64,000 nucleotides of DNA from Perkinsela sp. CCAP 1560/9 (taxonomy: Eukaryota > Protista > Euglenozoa: Kinetoplastea), in the NCBI GenBank assembly GCA_965644495.1, contig CBFFSA010000010.1, positions 702,818-766,817 of the forward strand, read 5' to 3'. A model generated the notes under the pieces. The model had not been told where the DNA came from. It was given only the letters and a program-made list of their open reading frames with translations, and did no database searches. Shown here piece by piece: positions 33,748 to 43,167 of this stretch. The stretch's first letter is position 1, and every line of letters begins with the position of its first letter. A program made the translations under genes and the position numbers.

Positions 33748-33765
33748 GAGATCACGTGAGATCAT
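29992..33765 (-). CDS. APE endonuclease - reverse transcriptase - RNase H polyprotein (1257 aa, uninterrupted)
   Basis: APE: TLNV, LGLQET, IGDFNS, QLDHII. RT: KAPGLD, NWRPI, QYGFR, FIDFASAF, GILQGD, YADD. RNase H: AEIHA, HTDS, KVRGHCGNKWNEEAD. Confidence 0.95.
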   Translation of the reverse strand: MISRDLVLTSSNRPPEPNPLPEISRKEKLSIATLNVTSLKLEGGDLFSIRSCVRLKEILNLMSSKRIHILGLQETRFRFDSRLFGEILRQQTEDTGVTYYLYFSSATSDRSYNGMALVSTFPLEKVRVISERIMTAQFPWENGNATLFNVYGPIRDSSKEMKSTFDASLRKAVRDLESTNPQRPTILIGDFNSPLTLVNKTAEDKAAVARFRALLVDVGCKSAHTLSPSSRKWTCKLPNGAERQLDHIIISNRYASAIQHHKVLLAPFPTQHCSVVTRLKIKWKAHETQPGNHLPWYNLKSENICKEFNKCTQQAVFKVIGEGRPDPWEVLSEGILYAAQKTLPDFDAPSDLSKSNGQREETNKQEEILSLSALYKSSRNAHTFKGLVDKSREQIEDTIEAECAILQEKLRKNHSSPWRFIREICGMRKTVFNYCAGQSNRKRLAAVKDFFSKIANRGVGDTKVEFDEAKNFEGEIMDSPFTEDELACAARRLKRGKAPGLDEIPAEAYISILEENSLRHLLLGIINKALETGKTHHLWKTVLQVPVPKKSDLSELRNWRPICLVNVILKLINGMILNRIRPSTERVLRENQYGFRPERSTCGAQIILNEILTKSRRNRSHENVMIAFIDFASAFPSLSHSSIRAALHSFHVGPRMTTLAMSAYEGLEAIVRTPFGKTSSFPITSGILQGDVLAPYLFIMVLDRILHAALKIKDDGLTLSSAGTRKRGYKSTRVTDIDYADDLILFSDSKRSLERMVDSVATEASKANLSIAAGVNKTAWMSISKNENKDGDLLSSTCGNIPKVKSYRHLGHVQHETEPKLTLTDRLRLTWACFSKLRGIWISPLRVKAKLRIFDTLVYPILNYGTSSMVISASQVRNVEVQVNNMRRIVCDAVGVDENGHCYPIESLYHNTLHFNTIHRINRARLVGHQIRHSEIYRSLVGWGSREKARFPSPSEACAQDLGIEMEEMLVYASDRAHWAKLIENLSERLEPSESYIGYKSPKWKLAYKNALKETVCNKLQFIEEGETPFPVKPEEMHAYVNASISDDTDTRVKVAVGCVIVNAEKHESFSSSLSYLETKSPERAEIHAALFGLSKLKEVENVVVHTDSYYVWNFVNMRRRKDRLVGFEGSNSDLLSFLDSFIRSAHCQGRTITFIKVRGHCGNKWNEEADTLSKKLVSSEPISKRRKNLNRGNESAHSEYEWIACLKTIEKKTTNPTREERRMRRKRKGKLLDTASSLANAEFEQSEKKHFRTSNL

Positions 33766-34068
33766 ACCCGCAGCCCCTCATGTGTCCATTTTTTAGGCTT
33801 TTCGTTAAATACAACGGTAGCTTTGTGCAACGTGCAGACAATGCCGGTGAACTTACCATTGAAAACAACCACCAGGTTTAACGAAACTTCTAAACGAGCA
33901 TTACAACGCGCAAAAATTCGGAAGAATGCTTACAAGCTCAAATATATCTAATGGAAAGATCCACAGAAAACTTCTAAAAGCTAAGGAACAATGTTACATA
34001 AACAGAATAATGCCTAGTGAATGGCTTAAACAAAGAATTGAAGCATGAAACACAGAAAACACACCTGA

Positions 34069-35937
34069 TCATTTTTTGATTTTTTGAACGTGGTGACTTT
34101 GAAATAAAAGCGATCCATCGGAGCTCAAGTCCGAATCGGATGTGCACTCAGAACTATCCGTCCCATCTGACTCCCCAGCTAAATAAAACCCTTGAGGTGC
34201 GCCTGAAGTAGGCTGGGTTTTTGTGTTTGATAAACGGTCAGGCCTCGTGCCCTCGGGTGTTGAGGAAGAACGTCCTGCGCGTTTTGTGCTCTCTTGGAAT
34301 TTACGCTGAACCGCCTCAGTGATTTGCTTTGTACCCAATCGCAGGGCTTTGCGGGGAGAAATATTTCTTGTTTCTACTTTTTCGCGGGTTGCAGGAAGCT
34401 TTTCGTTTGTTGACGGTGTTGAGTTAAGTCCCACTGGATCTGGTAAAGTGACACCCGTTTTGATGCGCGATTTCTTTGTATGCTTGGATGGTAGAACTAC
34501 CGGGGAGGCGTCGAGAAGTAATTTAGAGGCGGATGTCTCAAGGTTTCCCTGTTTTCTATCGCGCTTTGTTGATTTTGATTTTTCTTTGGAGGATTTTCTC
34601 TCAACGGGAGACTCAGCATACGAAGGCTGGGCGGCGATCTGAGGCTTTTTAGAGGGAGAAAAGAATTTATCAATCACTGAATTTTTAACGTTCTTGCTCG
34701 CTGTTTCTTGCTCTTGGAGAATTATAATATCCGTTCGAGGCCTCAAGGCGTTTTCTTGTCTTTCTTTGTTTTTAGATTTTTTCTTTTTCACCTCTTCGGC
34801 CGATGCAGAAACATCTGCGGGTAATAAGCAATTCCATCCGGTTGAATTTGACGTCGCCTCAACATTGCTGATAATATTGTCCTCGGAAGCTCTGACATCA
34901 TCTTTTTTGTGGAGCACCTTCCAAGTTGCCTGCAAGTTCTGGGCTTTTTCCCATTGTACAAAGGGAATAGAATCTTCTTCTGAGGGGCTGAGCTCAGAAT
35001 GCTTTGATTTCACCTCCATGTCCTTTGGTTTTGCTTTTGTTTCAGCATCTGTCGCTTTGGCAGATTTTGGAGAATGTGATTTCATAGTCTTCGTGGTGTG
35101 CGACGCATGTCCACTTACCTGGGGTATCTCATCTTTTTGTTTTTGTGGCTTTTTTTTATCTTTCATTCTTTCTGAATCACGAGATTTCTTAGTCTTGTGT
35201 GTCCCTAGCAATTGAGGTGCAACTTCCATTGCTGTTGACAAATCATTTTCCGGTTGAATCTCCCTTTTACCTGATACCGCGGCACTGGATAAACCAAATG
35301 ATTTCAATGTTTCTTCCTTTGACGTGATCCCCGATTTCTGATTTTCCTTATCGTCGTCGGTTATTTGGACTGCCTTCTTCTTTCCTTTTCTCGGCGAAAC
35401 AGCCAAGGATTCCGTATCGAGCTCTCGCGATCCCTTTGCGGAATGTGAAGGCCCTAGCGGCTTTTCCACACTCGAGGGTTGTCTATTTTTTTCTTCCGTG
35501 TGAAAGCTCTCCGTACACAACGCATGGGCTTTTTCAAGCCCATTGCGATGTAAATAATCCAAAATAAAACTTTCCAGCGCAACAGAACGGGAATGTGAAG
35601 CATTTTGCGAAACTAATTTTTCAGGTTCCTGTGCGGGTAAGAGACTTGACGAAGCGGAAGACATCATGGGATATAGCCAACGAGCATCGGGAACAAAATT
35701 TCCTTGTGGATAAAATCCCTGAGGCATCGATAGCGGAAATGGGGAAAACGCACTTGTATGCGGAGGAGCTGAAAAGGGAGGCAGCGTGGTCGTGGGGAGG
35801 GGATAGTACAATACAGGGGGGAAGGGGTGAGTGGGGGCTTCCGTGGCTGCTATCGGGGAGTTAAGGGGAAGTGAATTGGGAGGAATTTGGGTTGGTGTGG
35901 GTCTGAGAGGTGTGGTGACGTCCGCGGGGGTAGACAT
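34069..35937 (-). CDS. LisH-motif, K/S/E-rich low-complexity protein (possibly nucleolar, SRP40/treacle-like)
   Basis: LESFILDYLHRNGLEKAH LisH-like motif; 622-aa open frame on the gene strand. Confidence 0.6.
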   Translation of the reverse strand: MSTPADVTTPLRPTPTQIPPNSLPLNSPIAATEAPTHPFPPVLYYPLPTTTLPPFSAPPHTSAFSPFPLSMPQGFYPQGNFVPDARWLYPMMSSASSSLLPAQEPEKLVSQNASHSRSVALESFILDYLHRNGLEKAHALCTESFHTEEKNRQPSSVEKPLGPSHSAKGSRELDTESLAVSPRKGKKKAVQITDDDKENQKSGITSKEETLKSFGLSSAAVSGKREIQPENDLSTAMEVAPQLLGTHKTKKSRDSERMKDKKKPQKQKDEIPQVSGHASHTTKTMKSHSPKSAKATDAETKAKPKDMEVKSKHSELSPSEEDSIPFVQWEKAQNLQATWKVLHKKDDVRASEDNIISNVEATSNSTGWNCLLPADVSASAEEVKKKKSKNKERQENALRPRTDIIILQEQETASKNVKNSVIDKFFSPSKKPQIAAQPSYAESPVERKSSKEKSKSTKRDRKQGNLETSASKLLLDASPVVLPSKHTKKSRIKTGVTLPDPVGLNSTPSTNEKLPATREKVETRNISPRKALRLGTKQITEAVQRKFQESTKRAGRSSSTPEGTRPDRLSNTKTQPTSGAPQGFYLAGESDGTDSSECTSDSDLSSDGSLLFQSHHVQKIKK

Positions 35938-36248
35938 GGTGATGTGAGAAAAGATGTGAAGAAATGGATTGAGCTAGGTTTTAAAAAACGGTTTCGATAC
36001 TTTTTTATTGCATCGCAAGCAATAAAAATGAGCATGGGAGATAATTTTTTTCTAATCCTTCAAGGAAGGAATCTAAAAAAAATCTTTATTGGGAATTTGG
36101 CAGGAAGAGAACAAAATGGCAAACCGTTCGTTCTAGTTATTCTTTTAGGACTTTTTTATATAGAGGTCGAGTAAGAACAATGCAGCGATTAACGCAATGC
36201 GTCGTTTTTATTGCTCTAAAATTTATGTGCAATTTTTGGGGAGAATTT

Positions 36249-36836
36249 CTACTGTTCAGAATCCGGTACGACAATTCGAATCTGTGTTCCTTTTATTGAG
36301 AGGCAAAGATCATCTCCTATTTCTGATAGGTTCAATACTCCTTCAAGTCCAGAATTCTCGTTCACATTAAGAAATCGGAGTGTAGAGGGAAGCTTTGAAA
36401 AATCAACCACACCCGTGAAAAAATTCTCAAAAAGAAAGAGGGTATCCATTAAAGGTGGAAGTTGGGTAAAGTCAAGCTCCCCAAAATGGGCATTTTTACC
36501 GATATTCAGAATTTGAAAATTCTGAGGCAGGGCGCCAAGAGGCAACTTGCCAGATAGATAATTTCCTGTGGCGTAAAATTGTAAAGTGGAAGAAGGAAGA
36601 TATAACCATTGAAAACGGCCTTTTAAAAGTCGCTCGGACCAATCGATATCTGAGATTTTACCATCCCTATTACACGCAACTCCATCCCAACTGCAAACAG
36701 GAACCTCATTCGTCCATGAACTGTGGACACATGAGACGTTCTTAATAAATTGCATGATGTCAAATTCTTGCGGAAATTGGCAGCCTCTCGTTCGTCCAGC
36801 GCGACTCAAAGGTGTGGGAGCGTCTTCAGTGTTCAT
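36249..36836 (-). CDS. Short leucine-rich repeat protein
   Basis: RAGRTRG..FP.E; VCSWDGVACN cap; LP..L...N.F.G repeats; first ATG at 36836. Confidence 0.85.
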   Translation of the reverse strand: MNTEDAPTPLSRAGRTRGCQFPQEFDIMQFIKNVSCVHSSWTNEVPVCSWDGVACNRDGKISDIDWSERLLKGRFQWLYLPSSTLQFYATGNYLSGKLPLGALPQNFQILNIGKNAHFGELDFTQLPPLMDTLFLFENFFTGVVDFSKLPSTLRFLNVNENSGLEGVLNLSEIGDDLCLSIKGTQIRIVVPDSEQ

Positions 36837-36960
36837 GACTTGTGGTGTAAAAACGTGAATCAAATAACGATTTTAGTTAATAACACAAAGAAGGAAAAAA
36901 AAATTGATCCCTTCTATCTCAAAGTAACGCAATAAAATTTTTCACTCACCAAATACGTTT

Positions 36961-37272
36961 TCAAACGTTTGAATCCTTCAGTGTGGTGGTAGAATTTCCA
37001 CCACTCACATTTTCATTACTTTTCAAAGTCTCTGTAATGTGATGCATTTCCCCCAGCAAAGCTCTTTCTGTGGAAGAAAAAGCACCAAAGTCAAGAATGT
37101 CTTTCAAAAAAGAATCTTGTGCAGTTTCCTTCGAGCAGTCTTCAAGAAAGGAACAAAAACGGCGGTAGGGATCATTGTCTTCATTTGGGGATTCAGCACT
37201 TTCAGTTTGCGCCTCGGTGGAATCGAAGTCCGCAAGAGAAGGGTCAATGGGAACGTAATTTCTAAATTTCAT
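36961..37272 (-). CDS. Small cwf18/CCDC12-like splicing factor
   Basis: N-terminal MKFRNYVPIDPSL matches the conserved KFRNY.P.D motif. Confidence 0.55.
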   Translation of the reverse strand: MKFRNYVPIDPSLADFDSTEAQTESAESPNEDNDPYRRFCSFLEDCSKETAQDSFLKDILDFGAFSSTERALLGEMHHITETLKSNENVSGGNSTTTLKDSNV

Positions 37273-37801
37273 CAATTAAGTATCAAAAAAAGACAAGGAG
37301 CGTACTAATAAAAAAACGTGCCTTTTTTGAGATAGGAAAGTTCTGAACTATTTCGAATATCTCTTATGAAGCCAAAATCTGATCATTCACTTATATATGA
37401 ACCAAATGTTTCCTTCGTCAATGCGCCACAATGTACTATAACTTAGCTATTTACTAGTCAATCTGCCGATGATCTATCTGCCAAAGTTCGTGTCGTTTTC
37501 CAAATGTGCCACAATCTGTATAGCCAAAATACCAGTCCTACTTCTATAGTTTCTCGGCCTAAACTACTCTCACCTTATCACTGAATATTACTTACAAGTC
37601 TAAACCCTACGTCAAAACAACATTTCGAAAAAAAATCGGAGCATCAAATTTGACAAAAGAAATGTTTAAAGGCAGCAAACTTTATTCCTTTTTTATTCCT
37701 TTTTTCTTCTCCGCACAAAAAGAAAATACTTTTTTACACTTAAAGAAACATTTATTTACTCTCTTCTTTTTTCCCTTTACGTCATTTCTTCATCCCTTTT
37801 T

Positions 37802-38326
37802 TCACACCTGCCCACATCCCGCAATCACTACCGGGCGTCGTGTCGACCCGCTCTGCGAGCCCTCCGCCTCCATCTGCTTCAGCAGTCCCTCCCCAGACTT
37901 CAGCTGGCCAAACACCACGTGCTTCCCGTTCAACCAGTCCGTCGGGGCGGTGCATATAAAAAACTGCGACCCGTTCGTGTTGGGGCCGGCATTGGCCATG
38001 GAGAGGCACCCGAACCCGGTGTGCTTGCCCGCTTTCCCGGCAAAGCTCTCATCGGCGAATTTCGCGCCATAGATGGACTCTCCCCCGGTGCCATTCCCCG
38101 CGGTGAAGTCCCCGCCTTGGCACATAAATCCAGGGATGATGCGGTGGAAGGCACTGTTTTTGAAATGCAGCGGTTTGCCTGAGCGACCGGATCCTTTCTC
38201 TCCGGTGCACAGGGCCCGGAAGTTCTCTGCGGTCTTCGGGACGGCGTCGGCGTAGAGTTCGAACTCGAGACGCCCGGCCGCGGTGCCGCCGATGGAGATG
38301 TCGAAAAAGACGTGGGGGTTGGTCAT
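37802..38326 (-). CDS. CYPA: Cyclophilin A-type peptidyl-prolyl isomerase
   Basis: [17 protein letters not shown]; [16 protein letters not shown]; [17 protein letters not shown]; KHVVFG. Confidence 0.98.
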   Translation of the reverse strand: MTNPHVFFDISIGGTAAGRLEFELYADAVPKTAENFRALCTGEKGSGRSGKPLHFKNSAFHRIIPGFMCQGGDFTAGNGTGGESIYGAKFADESFAGKAGKHTGFGCLSMANAGPNTNGSQFFICTAPTDWLNGKHVVFGQLKSGEGLLKQMEAEGSQSGSTRRPVVIAGCGQV

Positions 38327-38624
38327 TGGAAGGAGAGAGAGAGAGAGAATGAGAAAATGGAATGGTTAGTATTGGAAAAGGGTAAATTTTGAAACAAGAT
38401 GTTGTGTTTTTAAAGTTTTTCTCCAGTGAAAATGAAAAACTATATACGAGTATATTTTGAAGAACAAAACAAGCACAACTCGTCGATCCAGTCTCTTTAA
38501 AGTTCAATCAATTGTGGAAAGTGTGAAAGTTTGTCAAAAATGTCGAATGTGAGAATTTGTGAAAGTAAATCTCGTGGAAAGGGCTCTCTCCGTTGGGGGG
38601 AAGCGCTCGTACCACGCCTTGTTG

Positions 38625-39296
38625 CTATTCTTCAGGAATCACAATTCCTCCCTCCACCTCAACTTTTCCCACGCTGAGAGATGTGCGTGAAATATTGTGC
38701 TTTGGCCCGTACCGACGGGGCAACAGTTCAAACAACTGAGATGCTACATTCCCTTGAATCTCAACAAATCCTTCGGCTGACACTGTACTACCGCAGCAGA
38801 AATGTTTTTTCATATCACTGCTAAAGGATTTTAAAGAGATTTCAGGAAACGATAAGAGTCCTTTGAGAACCGTAACATATTTGTTGCGGCTTCTTCGTAG
38901 CACAGAAATAGTAATTTTGGGTAAGGGAGTCTTCTTATGAGAAGATTTTCCTTTTGAATCATCCTTTGCAGTTTCCTCATTCTCTTCGGTATTTTCCGGT
39001 AGCACCTTTGCGCCACGTTTTTTACGAGAACGATCTTTTCGATCGGCTACATCAATTCCTTTTTTAATCAGATGGGGCTTACAGGAAGCCCAAACGCCTC
39101 CATATTCGCAATACTCAAAGGGAAGTGTACAACTTGGACAATATTCCACTTCAATTGGTTCCGCATGTGAGGGAAAATCCGATACTGTAACATCAGGTAA
39201 AGTTGTTGTAGCAGCCTCTGAAGTCGATGTTGGGTAAGAATCTATTTCTTCTTTCGCAGGCGGGAGTAGTGCCGCACCAAGTTCCTGCAAATTCAT
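38625..39296 (-). CDS. DENR: Density-regulated protein / Tma22 (SUI1-domain translation re-initiation factor)
   Basis: YCPSCTLPFEYCEYG; R.RNKYVT...GL; FCCGSTV; VEIQG; first ATG at 39296. Confidence 0.9.
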   Translation of the reverse strand: MNLQELGAALLPPAKEEIDSYPTSTSEAATTTLPDVTVSDFPSHAEPIEVEYCPSCTLPFEYCEYGGVWASCKPHLIKKGIDVADRKDRSRKKRGAKVLPENTEENEETAKDDSKGKSSHKKTPLPKITISVLRRSRNKYVTVLKGLLSFPEISLKSFSSDMKKHFCCGSTVSAEGFVEIQGNVASQLFELLPRRYGPKHNISRTSLSVGKVEVEGGIVIPEE

Positions 39297-39460
39297 AAAG
39301 AAAAGGTGTGACAAAAATACGGTAAAGCATGTAATACAAAGTCAATAGTATGCGCTTCCCTTCCACTACCTAAACAACATACACGCCCACTCCGAAATCA
39401 TCTTTTTTGAAACACTTTTTTTTCAAATTCTTCTTTCTTCACTAAGCCAGTTTCCATCCC

Positions 39461-41125
39461 TCACACCTTCCCCTCCTCCTCCTCCTCATACCCCTCCGTC
39501 TTCATATCCAAAATCCCCAACTCCTCATCCTCCTCCCTCGTCCTCACCATCCTCTCCTCCACCAACTGCTCATCCCCATTCTCCCCCACCTCCACCCCCT
39601 CCCTCCCCCTCCGTTGCACGTAAATATTCCCCGAGGGGTCCTCCAGCACCACCTGAAACGGGTACGGCCCCTCCCCGCTCGCCAGCCCCCGCAGCCCCCC
39701 CATCAGCCCCTCCCACCGCCGCCCCCTCTCCGCCTCCCCACTGTCCCCGGCCACGAACGCGGCCGCGGTCCCCCGGAGGGTCTCCCCCATCCGGGTCAGC
39801 AGCCCCTCGAGCGTGGTGAAGCACCCCGAGCGCCACCCCCCGCCGGGGTGCATCTCGAGCTCCAGCCCCGGGACCCGCACCAGGGCGGTCTCGCTCTGCA
39901 GCACGTCCCGGTTCAGGTCCGCGGGGGACCGCACGGTGAGGGTGAGCCGGGTCTTGTGCGGGGCGATCCCCCCGCCGCGCTTGACCTCCGTGCTGCGGTA
40001 GCCGCAGTGGGGGCAGGCGTACCCGAGGAGGAGGGCGTCGCCGAAGTGGGGGATCGCGAGGGGGTGGATGGTGCAGGCGCCCAGGGAGGCGCAGGAGGGG
40101 CAGGACTCGGAGAGGGTGTAGACCGAGGGGGGGTCGGGGGGAGGGGTGGGGGGAGTGGAGGGAGTAGGGAGTTCGTGGTTGGTGGTGGTGGTGGTGGTAG
40201 TAGTAGTAGTGGGAGTGGGAGTGGGAGTGGGAGTGGGAGTAGGGGGTGGGTGGGTGGTGGAGGTCGTGGGGGGGAGTTGGCCCGCGTTGATGTATTGGTT
40301 TTGGGAAGGGGTACGGGTGGTGGTGGGGTTGGTTGTTGGGATTGTGGAGATGGGTGGGGGGTTGGGTATCTCAGAGAGATGAGGGGGTGATGAGGAAGGG
40401 GGTGATGAGGAAGGCGTTTTATTGTTTGGTTGGGGGGTTGTGTCTTTGGGGGGAGGGGTTGACTCGGAGGCCATGTATTCAGGTTCAGGGGGTTCGGAGG
40501 CCAGTCCTAAGGCCTCACGTTGGACAGGGGTACGGAAAAAGTGCCGCTCCGAGAGTTGAGGGTCTAGATTTCCGGTATGGTAGATGGCCTCGATGTTGCT
40601 ATTTCCGCTGGGGTCGTTTATGAGCAAAGTAAAAGGGTTAGGTGTTTCGTCCCGGAGGTTCATGAACTCTTCGACACGAGCAAGAAAAGCACACAGGGTG
40701 GCCTTCTCCTCGTCTCCAATATCCGTTCGCTGGTCCGTGCTCTCCTTTACGTCGCTGTAAATTTGCTTCAGGACACCCTCCACTGTACGAATGGAACCAC
40801 GCATGCTTGAACTTGGGGGAATCTCTAATTGCAGTTCAGGAATTCTAAGTTCTGCATGAGGAGATGTCACCACTTGACGGTTGAGATCGTTTCGAGTTTT
40901 ACACAACAGTGTAATTTCTATGCCTTCTGGGGGAAACGTCCCCACGAACTGTACTTCTCGGTTCGTATGTCCACATTCTTTTGTGTCGTCGCAACTAAAG
41001 CTCGAAAGTAAAACGTCGCGAAAATGTGGGATAGTTGTGAGAAGCATTCGTGTCATGCCACTTCCTTCGCAAGCAGGGCACATAGAGGAAACCTCAACTG
41101 GCTCATTTTGGGGAACTTCAGGCAT
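39461..41125 (-). CDS. ZPR1: Zinc finger protein ZPR1
   Basis: Two C4 finger + A/B domain repeats (IPHF; DLNR; DPSGN); P/T-rich linker; C-terminal LGILDMKTEGY. Confidence 0.95.
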   Translation of the reverse strand: MPEVPQNEPVEVSSMCPACEGSGMTRMLLTTIPHFRDVLLSSFSCDDTKECGHTNREVQFVGTFPPEGIEITLLCKTRNDLNRQVVTSPHAELRIPELQLEIPPSSSMRGSIRTVEGVLKQIYSDVKESTDQRTDIGDEEKATLCAFLARVEEFMNLRDETPNPFTLLINDPSGNSNIEAIYHTGNLDPQLSERHFFRTPVQREALGLASEPPEPEYMASESTPPPKDTTPQPNNKTPSSSPPSSSPPHLSEIPNPPPISTIPTTNPTTTRTPSQNQYINAGQLPPTTSTTHPPPTPTPTPTPTPTTTTTTTTTTNHELPTPSTPPTPPPDPPSVYTLSESCPSCASLGACTIHPLAIPHFGDALLLGYACPHCGYRSTEVKRGGGIAPHKTRLTLTVRSPADLNRDVLQSETALVRVPGLELEMHPGGGWRSGCFTTLEGLLTRMGETLRGTAAAFVAGDSGEAERGRRWEGLMGGLRGLASGEGPYPFQVVLEDPSGNIYVQRRGREGVEVGENGDEQLVEERMVRTREEDEELGILDMKTEGYEEEEEGKV

Positions 41126-41245
41126 TAATATTCACAAAGAAGAAAAAAAGGAAAAGCCTGCCAAAGAAACATAATATTCGCTTGGCACTTCCTATCAAAT
41201 TTTTTGTATGAAAGACTGAAAAAAATATTTACTACAGAACATGTA

Positions 41246-42210
41246 AACCGGGGGTCAGTTCAATACTAAGGTTAGTTTAATATTAAGATCTACTTTAATA
41301 TTAAGATTGGCACTTTAATATTAAAATGACACTTTAATATTAAGATTCACTTCAATATTAAGATTTGATTTTTTTAAGGATTTTCTTTGGTTCTTTAATT
41401 TTTCTGATTTTTTTGGTGGACCTTATTGCTTCACAATTAACGGCACTATCGCTGCGTAGCCACGGAGAAGTAATCAACGAATGTTACAGAGTCGTCGAAG
41501 ATTATGTTGAGGTTTGCTCTCTTAAGGATGACGAAGGTGTATGCAACCCTCCGACTTGAGCGATTCTCTGCTTTATAAATCTGAAAACTGTGACTCTGAA
41601 AGTCGGCCGAGTGACAGTGCCGAGTCCGAAGAAGATAATGGTTCTGAAAGCTCCGAAGAATCGGATGAAAAATCGAATGACAGAGATTCAGAGGATTCAG
41701 GTGAACTTTCAAAAAATGTGGATAGAACTAAAATTTGCCCTTACGAAAAGCAAGCAAAAGATAATGGTGTTCGCGTTCGAGTGGAATCTACGGCCAAAAT
41801 CAAGCGGGCGATCTCACGTGTGTGGGATAGCTGGAGTGTAGAGATACAACGCAAGTATGGATCCATACAAGTGTTGAACAAATGGATTAAAGGCAGATTT
41901 CCAAACTCCCGTATTCATATTAGCAACAAAAATCAGTTGCAAAACTATTCTGAATTAACACGTGGCATCAAGAAGGCTTGTGAAACGGTGCACCAGATCA
42001 TGTAAAATGATTATATCCTTTTACTGTAATAAATTTCGGTGAAAGGGGACTTTTTTCCCCCCAAAAAAACTTGAATTTTTTTCATGGTGGCTTCTCAAAC
42101 AAAATTTCAGTATTATCCAAGCGAGTGATTATGACAACCCTGCGATTCGCTTATTGATGACGCGGGGTTTATTAGCGTTTTCAATCTTAATATTAGACTG
42201 ACCCCCGGTT
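41246..42210 (+). mobile_element. TA-flanked TIR element with subterminal TTAATATTAAGAT repeats and an unidentified acidic ORF (41541-42005)
   Basis: TA|AACCGGGGGTCAGT...ACTGACCCCCGGTT|TA. Confidence 0.8.
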
Positions 42211-42323
42211 TAGGTGAAAGCAGTTTTTTTCAACGAAGTACAAGGGGGAGTGTCACAGTACATGATACACATTTGTAAGTGCACGAAATTCCGTCACTTG
42301 CATTCTCACATTTCCTGTCATAC

Positions 42324-42920
42324 TTAATCTAGATCACAGACTAAAATTTTCGTATCCCACAGCGCCCGGTAGGACATATCCCGCGGCAGCTTTTCCGGCT
42401 CCAGTTTCCCCGTCAGTTCCGCGTTATTCCGCACCGCAAACGTACTTAGACGCCGCGGCAGACGGTTTAGATCCACCCATCCTGCAAATTGATTCTCGGA
42501 CAGGATTAGCTCCTCCATGGTCTCCGGCAATTTTGTTAACTCCAGCGACCCGGAGAATCGGTTATAGGACAGATCCAGCACCACGAGCCCTGGGGGGAGG
42601 TCGACAAAATCCACACTCCCATATAGCTTGTTGTCGTAAAAATTTAACTCCTTGAGGGAGCGCGGTAGATATTCCCACTGGAGAGTGCCACTAAGGCCGC
42701 GGCTGAACCAATCAATGACTCGGGTTGCACCTTTTAGGTCGCGTTCCGCGCCATCCCACTGCTTGTTGTGTGTGGTCCATGAGGCGTGGGGGTTGGTGAT
42801 GTTGGCAATAAAACGCACAAGATTGTATTCGTCTGGGAGTTCCACGTTGCGTGTTTTGGATGACTTGAGCGGGGGCTGCGGGGCATCGGAGAAATGTAGG
42901 AGTGGTGGGGAAACGATCAT
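42324..42920 (-). CDS. Short leucine-rich repeat protein
   Basis: LPDEYNLVRFI..I.N...SW; QWEYLPRSL; N.FSG.LEL..LP repeats. Confidence 0.88.
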   Translation of the reverse strand: MIVSPPLLHFSDAPQPPLKSSKTRNVELPDEYNLVRFIANITNPHASWTTHNKQWDGAERDLKGATRVIDWFSRGLSGTLQWEYLPRSLKELNFYDNKLYGSVDFVDLPPGLVVLDLSYNRFSGSLELTKLPETMEELILSENQFAGWVDLNRLPRRLSTFAVRNNAELTGKLEPEKLPRDMSYRALWDTKILVCDLD

Positions 42921-43167
42921 GGGGAGAGACGGTGTGTTGTAAGAGTAGAAACAAAGCTAAATCGGTGTTTTTCTTAATATTTTAATTCCTAATAAGTTTA
43001 TAATATTTTCTTCTGTATACGGGCGTAAAGTACGCCACTGTGTTTTACGTATGCGGCGAATATTTTATGTATTATTCGTCAATGTAAGACTACTGAACCC
43101 AGCAAGACGTTCATTCGCTCAGCCGAAGCTGTGGCTCGTTGGATGAACCGCTCATTGCACGATGATA

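Noticed and set aside
34069-35937. ORF1 (gag-like) of the adjacent LINE
   Set aside because: Lies outside the candidate TSD, is separated by a degenerate family H hairpin (33790-33890) and has a LisH-like motif, so more likely a host gene
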